This document shows, piece after piece, positions 1 through 16,623 of a stretch of DNA of 64,000 nucleotides. The notes beneath the pieces are model-generated. The model was not told where the DNA came from. It ran no database searches and was given only the letters and a program-made list of their open reading frames with translations. Position 1 is the first letter of the stretch. Every line of letters begins with the position of its first letter. Made by a program: the position numbers and the translations under genes. The stretch is from the human T2T-CHM13v2.0 reference genome, Homo sapiens: the NCBI RefSeq assembly GCF_009914755.1, contig NC_060926.1. The stretch is one strand, 5' to 3'.

Positions 1-99
1 GCTTTTATCGATTTACTTATTTACAGCTGTCTTCATTTCAGAGCAACACAATGTGATTTACAAGTTGAGGCAATATTTAAACAAAATAAAACAGGAAGC

Positions 100-1240
100 A
101 GAAACTCTCAGTGTATGAAGAGGAAATAATTGAATATGTTATAGAGCACCAAAATCTGCTCTACAGATTAATCACTGAAATGACATCCACAGAAGGTAAT
201 CACTTCCACACCCAATGATCTTTTCTTCCATCCCACTCCAGTCCCCTATTCTCATAATGAAATATCGATAACCAGTAACTACGCTACCTTAAAAATCTCA
301 GTTTCAAGCATCTCAGCTTCTTTACTCAATATACTAATTTTTCCAATTCACTACCAGAAACCTGTTAACTCCAACAGACCCTACAAATTTTTCCACTGTC
401 CTTCGTCTCTACTTCTTACCTAGTCTGAGACTCAAAAATCCATCATCACAGTCATTTCCTTGCTGTGGCCTCACTCCTCTGCTCCTCTCTCCCTCCATCA
501 CAGTCAAAACATAGTTTAAAACCAACTTTCCACTTAACTCAGTACTTTTACCTGAATAGCTGAATGAGACTAAAGAGAAATACAACCATATAAACTTTAA
601 AATAATAACCATAAATTTCAGCAGACCCCTAAAATGCTCAGAAATCCCATCACATTAACGTAGTGAATCTGCTCTCCTATCTTTAAGATAGAGAATTAAC
701 TCATACCTTCTCTTTTCACCTTAAGCCTCAATACTTCCTTCATCCCCTTATCACTTCCAGAAGATAATAATCAATGCTTTTCATTTTGTCAAGGAAAAAC
801 AATCAGAAGTTGGCCCAAGACTTTCCCAGTTTTAGCACTGGAAGTGCTGCATTCTGAGAAACTGCTAAATCACAAGCAAACCTGGATGTTGGTCACCCTA
901 AACTGAGAAGATAACTACTTCATCTTCCCACCACTTATTCTGCTTTCCCTCGTATTTCAACAAATTGTCCTTGTTCCTATCAAGAGCCAAACGGTATTTC
1001 TGTACTGGATCCCATTATTTTTTTCTTTCTCAAGGATTCTGCTCCCATAACTATTATAGGTCTCCTATACCAATTCTTCCCTTTTTTACTTTATCATTAT
1101 TATTAGCATGCAAATGTGTCATACTAACACTGATTAATTTCCCTTCAACTACCCCTCCATTTCTTTGGTCCCCTTTACAACAAATTTTCTTGAAGAGTTG
1201 TCCTCATTTCCTTCCACTGCTTGCCATCCATTCTTTCTTT
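100..1240. mobile_element. Highly diverged L2 LINE fragments
   Basis: Pyrimidine-rich degenerate L2-like text (e.g. 'ttgtccttgttcctatcaag', 'gtcccctttacaacaaattttcttgaagagttgtc'); boundaries approximate. Confidence 0.45.
810..900. mobile_element. MER81-like hAT-Blackjack MITE
   Basis: Ends in 'caaacctggatgttggtcacccta' with internal 'gttttagcactggaagt', matching the MER81 TIR as recalled. Confidence 0.7.
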
Positions 1241-2720
1241 TAAAACTTTTAATCATTAAATATTTAAACATTACAAAAGAATCTAGGTAATAATATAACA
1301 AACACACACATACCCACTGCCTAAATAAATTAAATCTTAACATTCTACCTTATTTACTTAAGATTTTCCTTGGTTAAGAAATAAATGAATACCTTGCTGA
1401 TCCCTTTGTACATCTCCCTCCTTAGAGGTAACCACTTCCTGAGTTTGGTGTTTATCATTCTATTCTACTTTCACTGTATATGTATCAATAAACAATAAGT
1501 GGTATTGTTCTGCATGTTTTCAAATGTTGTATCAATATACTGTACACAACCTTCTGCAACTTGCTTTAGTAATTCAACATTGTTTTGAAAATTACTCAAG
1601 TTGATATATGTTGCCCTAAATCATTCATTTGCAGGGCTGTATAGTACTGCACTATACGAATATAGCAAAATTTATCTATTCACTTTCCTACTTACAAATA
1701 CTTTAGTTGTTGCCAATGTTTCACTATTAATACATAATGCTACAAGTATCCTATGAACATATGTTAACAGTTTCTCTAAAAGTAAAAGTGCTGAATCAGA
1801 GGGTGTACTCTTCTTCAACTTGACTACAGCATTGCTAACTTGCCCACTAAGGTAGCTGGATCAACTTATCCATCAGTATACAGGCAAATTAAAATTTAAA
1901 ATAAGAGGCCTAATTCTACCTGTACTCCCCGACCCCCTTTTCTTAGAGGATTTTCTTTCAAAACCTGGTAAATTCTTTCTCTGCCTGCTTAGAGATGTAT
2001 GTAAATCTTTGTAAAACCCTAGCCAGCAGCCCAAAACTGCCTTTCTCAAGAACCTTATAACCATCTCTTTCAAATGAGATCATCAAGAGAGACGGCACCC
2101 TTATCTCCCAGTTTCTGTGGGAGGACAGGGTGCCTAACTTTGGCAGGCCATCTAGTTCCAAGTTGTAAAATTACATCCTGTCATAAAGATATGAGTTCAT
2201 TTTTCCTTTAGAAAAAGCCAATTTGTTCACACACAAGGTTGCTCCAATTACCAAGTGAATTGAGGACAAACTATGTGTGACAAATGATGGTATCAAGTCC
2301 TCTTACTTGAACACTATTTACTATTTATCTTGAGAACATGTATGTAATGGGTTACATCCACTTGGCTAGATGTAAGGGTGAGCATTCTTTTGGTCTTTGC
2401 AATCTTTTAGCAGATTGCTTGTGATACACGTGTCATTCTGGTTTAATACTTATTCAAAACTGAAATTGTTTCCTTTTTCTTCTACCTTTGAAGAGATGTT
2501 TTCTGGGGGAAGCAGATTTTGGTTTTAATTGCATTTCATCATTGCTAACACAAGTAATAGTTAAAGGTTCACATTCCCCTACGTCGTTCCCAATATTTGA
2601 TATTGTCAGAATTTTTCATTTTTGTCAATCTGGATATGAAATGGTATATATTCCTTGTTTTTATTTTGTATTTGTGTTTCAATAACATGCACTGAAATTA
2701 AGCATCTACTGTCCTTCTGT
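1240..2720 (-). mobile_element. Old L1ME 3' region, split by an LTR insertion
   Basis: Antisense L1ME-type text ('gaggtaaccacttcctgagtttggtg', 'ttcattcatttgcagggctgtatagtac', 'atttgatattgtcagaatttttcatttttgtcaatctg') on both sides of 1885-2540. Confidence 0.7.
1885..2540 (+). mobile_element. ERV1 solo LTR, MER67/MER31-like
   Basis: Motifs 'gagatgtatgtaaatc', 'tatctcccagtttctgtgggagg', 'cctgtcataaagatatgag', 'gagaacatgtatgtaatgggtt' typical of this family. Confidence 0.7.
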
Positions 2721-2908
2721 ATATATTTATAATGCTACACATAAACAGGTCAAGTTTAAAATGGACAGTAAATTTGTAAATTCCCAAAGTACAAAAAAAA
2801 AGTCTGACTCAGTGATTAAACAATGGTGTTCATCTTAAAATTTGAATTTAAGAACAGTTACCAAAAAACTTATACAAAGTAATTTCATTATTAACTTAAG
2901 GAAAAATA

Positions 2909-3531
<623 letters not shown>

Positions 3532-3756
3532 TAACCCTAAAAACGTTCACAACACAGGAAGTTTACAGAACCAATGTGAAAAACAGATAAAAGCAAAGAA
3601 AATATACCTGAATTCATCCACCCCACTGCCAACAACCTCACTGTTTTTAAGCAGTAAACCAAGCTTTCATATGGCTACTTCTGTAAAAAGACCAATTTCT
3701 TCCCAAGGACGCTAAGGTAAGAGCCAAACTCCAAGTTTCTCACTTATCTTTGAATA

Positions 3757-3803
3757 AGATAATTAAGCATACCTATTTATTACGTATGATTGCTTAATTA
3801 TCT
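3757..3803. repeat. Perfect 13-bp inverted repeat, 21-nt spacer
   Basis: agataattaagca (3757-3769) / tgcttaattatct (3791-3803). Confidence 0.9.
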
Positions 3804-4369
3804 ATAAAGTGTCAAGTAAAAAGGTGAATCTGAGTTCTTTCACAGAGACTAGCCAATACTTGCCAATATGGTATCCTTGATACATGAAGGATTTAGAAAT
3901 ACGTGCTTTGATTTTCAAATACCACTGGGTTTGAAGAAATACTGATAAATGGAAAAAGAAAAAGCATTGCTAAATCCTAGCAAAACTACTTAATGTTTGT
4001 GTGATCTTGCCCTTAAGAGGGATAAATAGGCATTTACTTTTTTGGATAAAACAGTAAAAGTAGGTTCCCAAAGAATTAAGCTGAGGTATCTCCTCAAGAA
4101 ATAGATAATAAACAATGAGCTGTAGGAAATACAGTAACACTTCTATTTAAATCCCACTTGACTCAAAGAATATTTTCCAAGTAAGTTTATTTGCATGGTG
4201 ACAAAACCAGACACTAAATACGCACACACACACACACCTGCTTTTCAAGAATTCCCTTGCAACTATTAACAGAATCATTCTAAAATAAGCTAATGAACTA
4301 AGCCAAATTGGTTTTCTATACTTCTCTATCGCTGTTTAGCCTGCTCCTCCTTACTCTAGACAAAAGTCA

Positions 4370-4530
4370 TGTGTTCTCTTTTCAAATTTAGTGAGTATGA
4401 ATCACCTGAGAATCTTGTTGAAATGCTGATTCTGATCCTACAGTTATACAGTAGGACTGAGATTCTGCATTTCTAACATGCTTCTCAGGTGATAGCAATG
4501 TTGCTGGCCTATAGGCTATACTCCAGCAAC
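4370..4530. mobile_element. MER5-family hAT-Charlie MITE
   Basis: 'gaatcacctgagaatcttgttgaaatgctgattctg ... gagattctgcatttctaaca ... caggtgat'. Confidence 0.7.
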
Positions 4531-5026
4531 CTGTCTAGATCAACAGTTGTCATGGAATTCGCAAATCCATATGTATACAAAGTTTCCTCTAGAGATAAAA
4601 TGAAGGTGTAGATAAAGAAAAGATCTATTTTAGATACCAGGACAAGCTGGTAAGAGAAACATTTCTCCACAAGGGAGCCTTCTAGTGTTGCTGAAACTAT
4701 TCTACATATGTAATTTAAAGAATGACCAACTGCCACAACTTTTTCCATTTTTTTTATAGGTAATACCTGCCTATTAGCACAATAAACTCAATCCCACATG
4801 GTTGGGTATAAGGTAACAAGAAGCAACACATAAAAAGCCAAATAAAAGTAGGCCGTTGGCACCCAGTATTTCATTATTAATCATTCTGTGAAATATGTTC
4901 AAATCAAACTAAGAAATAAACTGATCTATCGTGAGAAATCTATAAATAATAAGATGAATAAGCCAGAGTGTTTTAAACAGCGGTTCCTGGATCTCTGATT
5001 TTCACAGGCCAATAAAATTACAAAAG

Positions 5027-5215
5027 AGGGCACAGTGGCTCACACTTGTAATACCAGCATTTTGGGAGGCCAAAGCGGGTAGATCATTTGAGGTCAGCAG
5101 ATTGAGATCAGCTTGGCCAACGTGCCGAAACCCCGTCTCTACTAAAAATACAAAATTTAGCCAGGCGTAGTGGTGCACACCTGTAGTCCCAGCTACTTGG
5201 AAGGCTGAGGCAGGA
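5027..5215 (+). mobile_element. 3'-truncated AluS
   Basis: Left arm plus start of right arm, no tail. Confidence 0.9.
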
Positions 5216-5287
5216 TTTTGAGATAATCTAAATCCTTTAAACTGAATAAATTAACCACATTTCATCAACTTCAAAATGCCATCAATA

Positions 5288-6350
5288 ACCAGAATACACA
5301 AGGAGCTCAAACAACTCCACAGGAAAAACCCTAATAATTGTATCAAAAATGGGCAAAAATCTTAATAGACATTTCTCAAAAGAAGATATACAATGGCAAA
5401 CAGGCATATGAAAAGGTGCTCAACATCACCGATGATCACAGAATGCAAATCAAAACTACAATGAGATATCATCTCACCCCAGTTAAAATGGCTTGTACCC
5501 AAAAGACAGGCAGTTAACAAATGCTGGCAAAGAGATGGAAAAAAGGGAGCCCTTATACACTGTTGGTGGGAATCTAAATTAGTACAACCACTATGGAGAA
5601 CAGTTTGGAGGCTCCTCAAAAAATTGAAAATTGAGCTACCATAGGATCCAGCAATTTTCCTGCTGGGTATTTACCCAAAAGAAAGGAAATCACTATATTG
5701 AAGGGATACCTGCACTCCTATGGTTGTTGCAGCACAGTTTACAATAGCTAAGATTGGATGCATCCTAAGTGTCCATCAACAGATGAATGGATAAAGAAAC
5801 AGTGGTACATACACATAAGCCATAAAAAAGAATGAGATCCAGTCATCTGCAACAACATGGATAGAATTGGAGATCATTATGTTAAGTGAAATAAGCCAGG
5901 CACCAGAAAGACAAACAATGCATGTTCTCATTTATTTGTGGGATCTAAAAAAAAACAATGGAACTCATGGACATAGTAGAAGGATGGTTACCAGAGGCTG
6001 GGAAGAGTATTGGAGGGTTGGATAGGAGGTGGAGATGGTTAATGGGTACAAAAAAAAAAAAAAAAAAAACCAGAAAGAAGGAACAGGACCTACTGTTTGA
6101 TAGCACAATAGGTTAGCTACAGTCAGTAACTTAATCGCTCATTTTAAAATAATTTAGAGTATGATTGGATTCTTTGTAACTCAAAGGATAAATGATTGAG
6201 GGGATGGATACCCCATTCCCTTGCAACTATTAGCAGAACCATAATGTGCTTATTTCATATTGCATGCCTGTATCAAAACATCTCATGTACCTCCCATAAA
6301 TATATATATACCTACTATGTACCCGCAAAAAATAAAAATTAAAAATTAAA
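5288..6350 (+). mobile_element. 5'-truncated L1MA (L1MA1-3-like), ORF2 end plus 3'UTR
   Basis: Canonical L1 3' text and A-rich tail; TSD aaaatgccatcaata (5273-5287) / aagataccatcaata (6351-6365). Confidence 0.9.
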
Positions 6351-6508
6351 AAGATACCATCAATATTTGGGTGCACCATTATTTTAAGTATCACTAAGAA
6401 GGAAAAAAACCTCTCTCAAACTATGACATATGGTTTCTATTGCTTAGAATTATGTCATTTTACACTTATTGGCAGAGTTCTTTTAAACTTGTTCAGACAT
6501 ATATTATT

Positions 6509-6809
<301 letters not shown>

Positions 6810-6844
6810 CCTATTAATGAACAAGCAATTAAAAGGTATTTCTT

Positions 6845-7190
<346 letters not shown>

Positions 7191-7329
7191 ATACTTATTC
7201 AGACAAATATATAATCCTTGTGCTTATAAAAAATACAAAAGCAAAATAAATAAGGTATTCTTAAAATTTTCCTCAACATTCACAATCTGATCATCAAATT
7301 GCTTTTTACTTAGAGTCATCAGCAATCCT

Positions 7330-7630
7330 TGTTTTTCCATAGTATCGTCCTTCATACCATTAAGAGAATTCATGATTCAACATTTTTTTAAAGTGTTTCT
7401 CTGTTGCTTTGGGACTGTCTTCCAAGCTGCTGACATATATCGCCCAAGTCTCAATGCAGTCCCTTTCCTGATCTTACCAAAAGGTATCACTGAATGATGT
7501 AACAGACGGTTTCAGAAAACAACCCAGGGATGGTACACCTTCTGTAATTGGTATTTAACTAGTATGTTGACTGAAACATCAAAGGGGTGATGTTGTGTAG
7601 TCAGTCATATCAGTAGGATTAACTACCAAA
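7330..7630 (-). pseudogene. Frameshifted pogo/Tc2 DDE transposase C-terminal remnant
   Basis: Manual translation gives LVVNPTDMT / HPFDVSVNILVKYQLQKVYHPW / IPFGKIRK / MSAAWKTVP / NSLNGMKDD, resembling pogo motifs VIPGGMT, QPLDVSVNKPFK, TPSGKIKK, AW, LDGTEDD. Confidence 0.65.
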
Positions 7631-7679
7631 TTCACATATGAACAGGCAGTGACAACTATTTTCCAAATGATAATTTTAA

Positions 7680-8240
<561 letters not shown>

Positions 8241-9497
8241 CCATTTGATTTTAAAAACAAATAACATTTCAGCAGCTTCCTCCAAATCCTTTCTCTCATT
8301 ACTAATGCTCTACTATGATCACACACTTGGAATTTATTGCTATGCTTTTTACAAAATTCATATCCTATTTTTAGATATATCTCAAAGGATGTTGTTTGTT
8401 TTTATGTATCTGATAGGGCTCCTCACACAGAAAATAGCATGCCCTTGGTACAGCACCTTAGGGAGTGCAAGAACTGTCACAGCAAGTCTGATCCAAAACC
8501 TATCCAGAGCAGTACTGTATCAAATCAAAACAAATTTTAAAAGTTAAAATTAAAATAAAAATCGCACTGTGAAAAACACCGACTGTTCGCCTTTATATAA
8601 ACCTCAAAGGTTAGGCCAAATCCATATATCTTGGATTCCTTACTATCTACTAATTTATGTAAATATTTTAAGTATTTATTTACATTTTTGGCTATACTGT
8701 ATTTCAGAATACAATAGCAGAGGGCAATTAACAATCCCAATAAATAATCTTTAGTGTGTACCAACCACCTCTTAGATTTGGCCAACTGGAAATCACTTAC
8801 TACTTTTCTGTCCGTTCATATATAGTCTCAAAATTTTCAGAGCTAAAACCAATTCCATTGGCATTTCGTACCCAAAAGAGCTACAAATTTGGAGAATCAC
8901 AGTATACTTATTCCAGTTCATTTACAAACACCTCATCTGAAAATGGGTTTAGCACTGATTCCTGTAACAGTCCATTAATTTGGATTCTCTCTTCCCACCC
9001 CTATTCACTGTTTATAAATCAGTTTCCTAGCTCTGTCAAATGCCACTAAATACTTTGATAATATCTGATTATAGCATCTTATCTAAACTATTTTTAAGAT
9101 CAAAATATTTATTTTTGCTTGCTATTTTTTCATTAGAAAAAAAGCATGCTCAGTACAGAAAATTTGAGGAATATGTATGAGGAGAACCACAATCCCATAA
9201 TTACTAAAAAATCGCCAAAATTAATATTTTCCAAATTTCCTTCTAGTCTTTAAGATGATATATAATTCTGGAGCCTACTTTTATTTACATAACATTCTAA
9301 TATAAGCATTTCCCTGTATTATAAACTCTTCAAAGACACTGTATGATTAAATAATATTTCCTTGTGTGAATGGATCACTGTTTCCTTAAACATTAATATA
9401 AAATCACTGGGTTGTTTCCAATTTTTGTGTTATTATAAACAATTCTGTATTATGTATCTATACTTATAAAGCTTTTTCCATATTTAAGATTATTTCT

Positions 9498-9818
<321 letters not shown>

Positions 9819-9863
9819 TCAGAAATGGACTTACTATGTAAATCAGTACGAACTTTCATAAGA

Positions 9864-10232
<369 letters not shown>

Positions 10233-10655
10233 TGACAAGGCCTACTTCACCATAATCTCGCTACTCTCCTTCAAATATTTTGAAAAATTAACTCATTTAA
10301 CCCATGCTCCCATTTGCTAAAATTAAAATCTAATGTCCCACTCCTCAATGATATTTGGTATTTCAAAATAAATTAAATATTCTGATTTTTTAAAATCAAA
10401 GCCATCTTAAATTCTAAGACAAAAGTATTTTGACTTCTAAGATACTTATTTGCTACTTGGGACACATATAGCCACATGATTGTTGAGTCTTCTTGCCAGC
10501 CACAAGTTATCCATCACTAACACAGAGGGAACAACTAGTATCTATCTGTCTTCACACAAGACAAACCAATTTCAACACCAAGCTTACTGTGCTGCACTAT
10601 GGTGTTATTTTAAATTACCCACAATCCTGAAAATGTTTACACGCTCCTGCCTTTA

Positions 10656-10928
<273 letters not shown>

Positions 10929-10959
10929 TCACGTAATGTGTTTATTTAAGAAAGATCCC

Positions 10960-11293
<334 letters not shown>

Positions 11294-11327
11294 CTACAAT
11301 CTCTGGAATGGCAACCAGGAATTTTTA

Positions 11328-11632
<305 letters not shown>

Positions 11633-11977
11633 CGTGAGGCCCACTGCCTTAAAGGAGTTTATTTGCACATGCTATATTCTCAGTGAATGCAGCTAACAGA
11701 CTCCTGGAAGGTTTATACCTGAGATTTTTCAGTGTAATTGAGAAATCATATAATCTATAAATTAGCAATAAATAAACACATTAATTTTACCTCCAAGCTA
11801 CTTTGAAGCCTTAAGTAACCCCCTTGTTTCTTAGACTCACTTCAATTAATTCCTCTCCAGCTTTTCCAAATAACACTGATAAGGGAAGAAAATAAAACTC
11901 AGACTCTTAGACCCTAGGTGATACTTAAACTCAAAATTATCTTTTAAAATCTTCTGTTTTAGTCCAAAAATTCATGA

Positions 11978-12316
<339 letters not shown>

Positions 12317-13014
12317 ATCCACGTTTATTTCAAAACGCCCCAATATTCCTCCATGCTCCTATTTCCAATTTAAATGAAGGCTTCAAAAACACCATGTTTA
12401 CCGTCTGACAAAAGGGTCCAGTACTCTAGTGAGGGAAATATAAATCTGGACCATAAAAAGCAACCACCTCAAGTGACACAAATGCTTGAAGTTGAGTCGA
12501 CAGTACTTCCCTAAAACAGAGCTAAACAGAAATGATTATTTCCTTCCAAATTCAGCTAGCATATTTCTTTTTTCTTCATTTTTTGGAGTTTACAATTAGT
12601 CAGTAGTAGTAATCAGGATAATTCAGTACTCAAATCCTAAAACAAAAACATAATCTGTGGAAAAATAAAGTAAGTCTGCCTGACTGGAAAGAATCAGGAC
12701 TAGGATAACACTTCCCACACAAGGTAGCACTTCTTATGCAATTTCTTTGAAAAAAAAAAAAAGAAGTTTCTTAAGAGAAAATGAAAAGTTAGAATTTTTA
12801 TTTTTCATATATTTCTACCACAAAACAGATTTGTAAACATTAAGCACTGTCTCACCCTATTCAGTGTGATACTGATTTCCTTCTGTAAGAGCTTTCACTC
12901 ACAGTTTGATCAGGAGAAGCAGATCAAGCCCAGAGGATGACACCATGTAAAATGTGGTAAGAGAGGCTGTAATGATTGCACATGGGTGAACTGACAGAAC
13001 AAACAATCTGAAAA

Positions 13015-13700
<686 letters not shown>

Positions 13701-14659
13701 AAAATATGGTGCAATCATATAACAGAATACTATGAAGTCATAAACAATGATGCTGTGGGATATGTCTACTGATGTGGAAAAAGGCCTCTGAATGCTAAAC
13801 CTGGCTAAAAACAAATCATTGTTGAACCTAAGATAATAGCTACATTAACAATCTAGGTTAAAATGCATAAAACCAAACTTTTAAGAATTGCTATTTAACA
13901 AATAACATATAGATTACAGTAATTAGATATATGTGGGCCAATGTGACCAAGTTTCCCTATTAGCAAAAAGGAACTTCCTCCTTTTACTTTACTTTCCTAA
14001 GTATGATATCCATCACCAAATATCTGGTAGAAAGAAGCAGAGAACATGGAAATACTCTAGAAAAGAACCATCTAGAGAACAGTCAAGACATGAAACACCT
14101 TATTAATATCTTTCTTCATAATTCTTCTCTAATGAACAAAATTAACAGTTACAACAGTTTTATTTGTCTAGCAAGGGCTTGAGCTATTCTCCACTCTGAC
14201 TTCGTCAGCATTTACAGATAATCTAGATAAGTTAAATTGCCTTCTGAAGTAATTAACTATAATGGGATACAATTTTTGGTTTTGGGTATTTGTTGTGGCA
14301 TGTTGAGGTCTGTTTCCTTCTTTCACTAAGCACTAGTACTGCAAGTGCCAGCTCATCCATCTAAAAAGTTTCTGATTTAGCAACCATAAGATGCACAAAA
14401 AAGAATCCCAGCAACCTCTGCCCTTATAACTGGCCAAGAAACATGTCTACTGTGGACTGAGTGATGGGAAATGGGCATGCCAGGTTTCAGATGTGCAGGG
14501 GAATAAAAAAAGGTAATCAGATATAACACCCATCACAATAAAAGACTTTCCAGAGGGTTCTGATATTGATAAATTAGGGGGAAAACTAAGTTTGGAAATG
14601 AAGGGCACAGTCCATAAAAGTTGAGTTGTATGTGTGTATCCACTCTGCCAAACACTTTG

Positions 14660-14876
14660 CTTTTAAAGTTGTTGGTGCTTGAGCATGACTGAGGCTCTGA
14701 CCTTTTCTGATATGATTTCCAGTTCATTCCCTTTGGAATGAACTGCCTGACGCTGAAGCAGACGTGTTAATGTAAAAAAGGTGCCTGGATTGAAGTGGTA
14801 CCTCTCCAACTAACAGGAAATCATAACAGAAAAGGTCAGAGCCTCAGTCATGCCCAAGCACCAGCAACTTTAAAAG
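14660..14876. repeat. Long non-Alu inverted repeat: 65-bp arms (14660-14724 / 14812-14876), 87-nt spacer
   Basis: Manual alignment gives 61/65 complementary positions with no indels. Confidence 0.95.
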
Positions 14877-15044
14877 GATTCTACAATGCCATGGCACCTT
14901 CTTTTCAACCACAGTCCCCACAAAACTTCTATTTAAGAAATAAGAACCTCCTCCTGCTCTTAGGCCGAATCAGCAAATGAACTAATAACCCATCAACTAA
15001 CCTCAATTTTGTAAAAGCCACCATCCTCCAAACTGTGTGTGGTG

Positions 15045-15358
15045 TTTTGTTTTGTTTTGTTTTGTTTCATTTTGTTTTGAGACAAGCTCTGGCTCTATCA
15101 CCCTGGCCGGAATGCAATGGCACGATCTCAGCTGAGTGCAACCTCCGCTTCCCTGGCTCAAGCCATCCTTCTACCTCAGCCTCCTGAGTAGCTGGGACCA
15201 CAGGTATGCGACACTACGCCTGGTTAATTTTTTATTTTTAGTAAAGATGGGGTTTCACCATGTTGACCAAGCTGGTCTAAAACTCCTGGGCTCAAGCAAT
15301 CCATCTGCCTCAGCCTCACAAAGTGCTGGGATTACAGGCATGAGCCACGTGCCCAGCC
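15045..15358 (-). mobile_element. AluJ
   Basis: Antisense dimer with (TTTTG)n tail. Confidence 0.92.
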
Positions 15359-15379
15359 CAAACTGTGTTAAACAAAGTT

Positions 15380-16075
15380 AGACTAGAACTGTGTGCCTAA
15401 ATAAATTGAAGGGGGATAAGAGAAAGAATCAATGATTATTAAAATGGGCCTAGATGAATAATAATACCAGTACCAATAACAAGATCAAGGAAAGCCATGA
15501 AGTTTGTTCTAAGATGAAGACTTTGATTTTGGACACACCAAAAGTTATAGGAGACAACAAGGCAACCAGCTGAATATTCCCATTAGTAAGAGTGTGAGCC
15601 TTAAGTGCAGGAAAAGGGATCAAGAGATTTCAGAATCATTTAATTAAGGTGGTAAAGACAAAAGAATGCATAAGAGCCATCTGAACGTGGACTGACTGAT
15701 GATGATGACAATAGAAATGTTAGAAAAAGTGAGTCCTGAGATACAGGTACTTGGGCAGAGAAGTAAGAAGTTGGGCCAATAAGGAAGGGAAAAGAGGTGC
15801 AGCTCAAGAGATAAAGAGAAGATACAGTACAAGGAAAGCAAAGAGATGAGATCTTTCATGAAGATTAACAGAATCCAACTCTCTCTAATGAATAAGCACA
15901 ATGAGAATTGAAAAAAAAAAAAGCCAATCAATTGATTTTGGTGATTATGAGAAATTGGGAGCCTTTGAGCAGTTATTTTTCAGGGGTTGCAGGTAAAAGT
16001 TGCATTTACAAGTAGTTACAGACAAGATGAGGTACAAGAAAATGGAGAAAGCAAATGAAAACTACTCCAAAAAAA
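15380..16075. mobile_element. L2 fragment
   Basis: Purine-rich degenerate L2 text ('ttttggacacacc', 'cagctgaatat', 'aaggccattg'-like). Confidence 0.5.
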
Positions 16076-16254
16076 AATGAAGGTAGTTAAACTTCCTATT
16101 TCATCACCTCGAGGATCTCCCAATTTGAAGTCTACAGAACCTCAAATAAAATTCATTTACCTTATGAAACACAACCTTGGGCATCAGCAATTGTATTTTT
16201 ATACCTCACAACAAAGAAAGCTATCTATTAATGTCACGGGAAAGTCAGTATTCA

Positions 16255-16623
<369 letters not shown>

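Noticed and set aside
12856-12882. 27-nt in-frame microexon candidate (KEISITLNR, - strand)
   Set aside because: Poor polypyrimidine tract; such AG...GT pairs are expected by chance in 64 kb.
14660-14876. piggyBac MITE interpretation of the long inverted repeat (TTAA near both ends)
   Set aside because: TTAA lies inside the arms and is not followed by piggyBac-type CCC/CAC termini; no external TSD.
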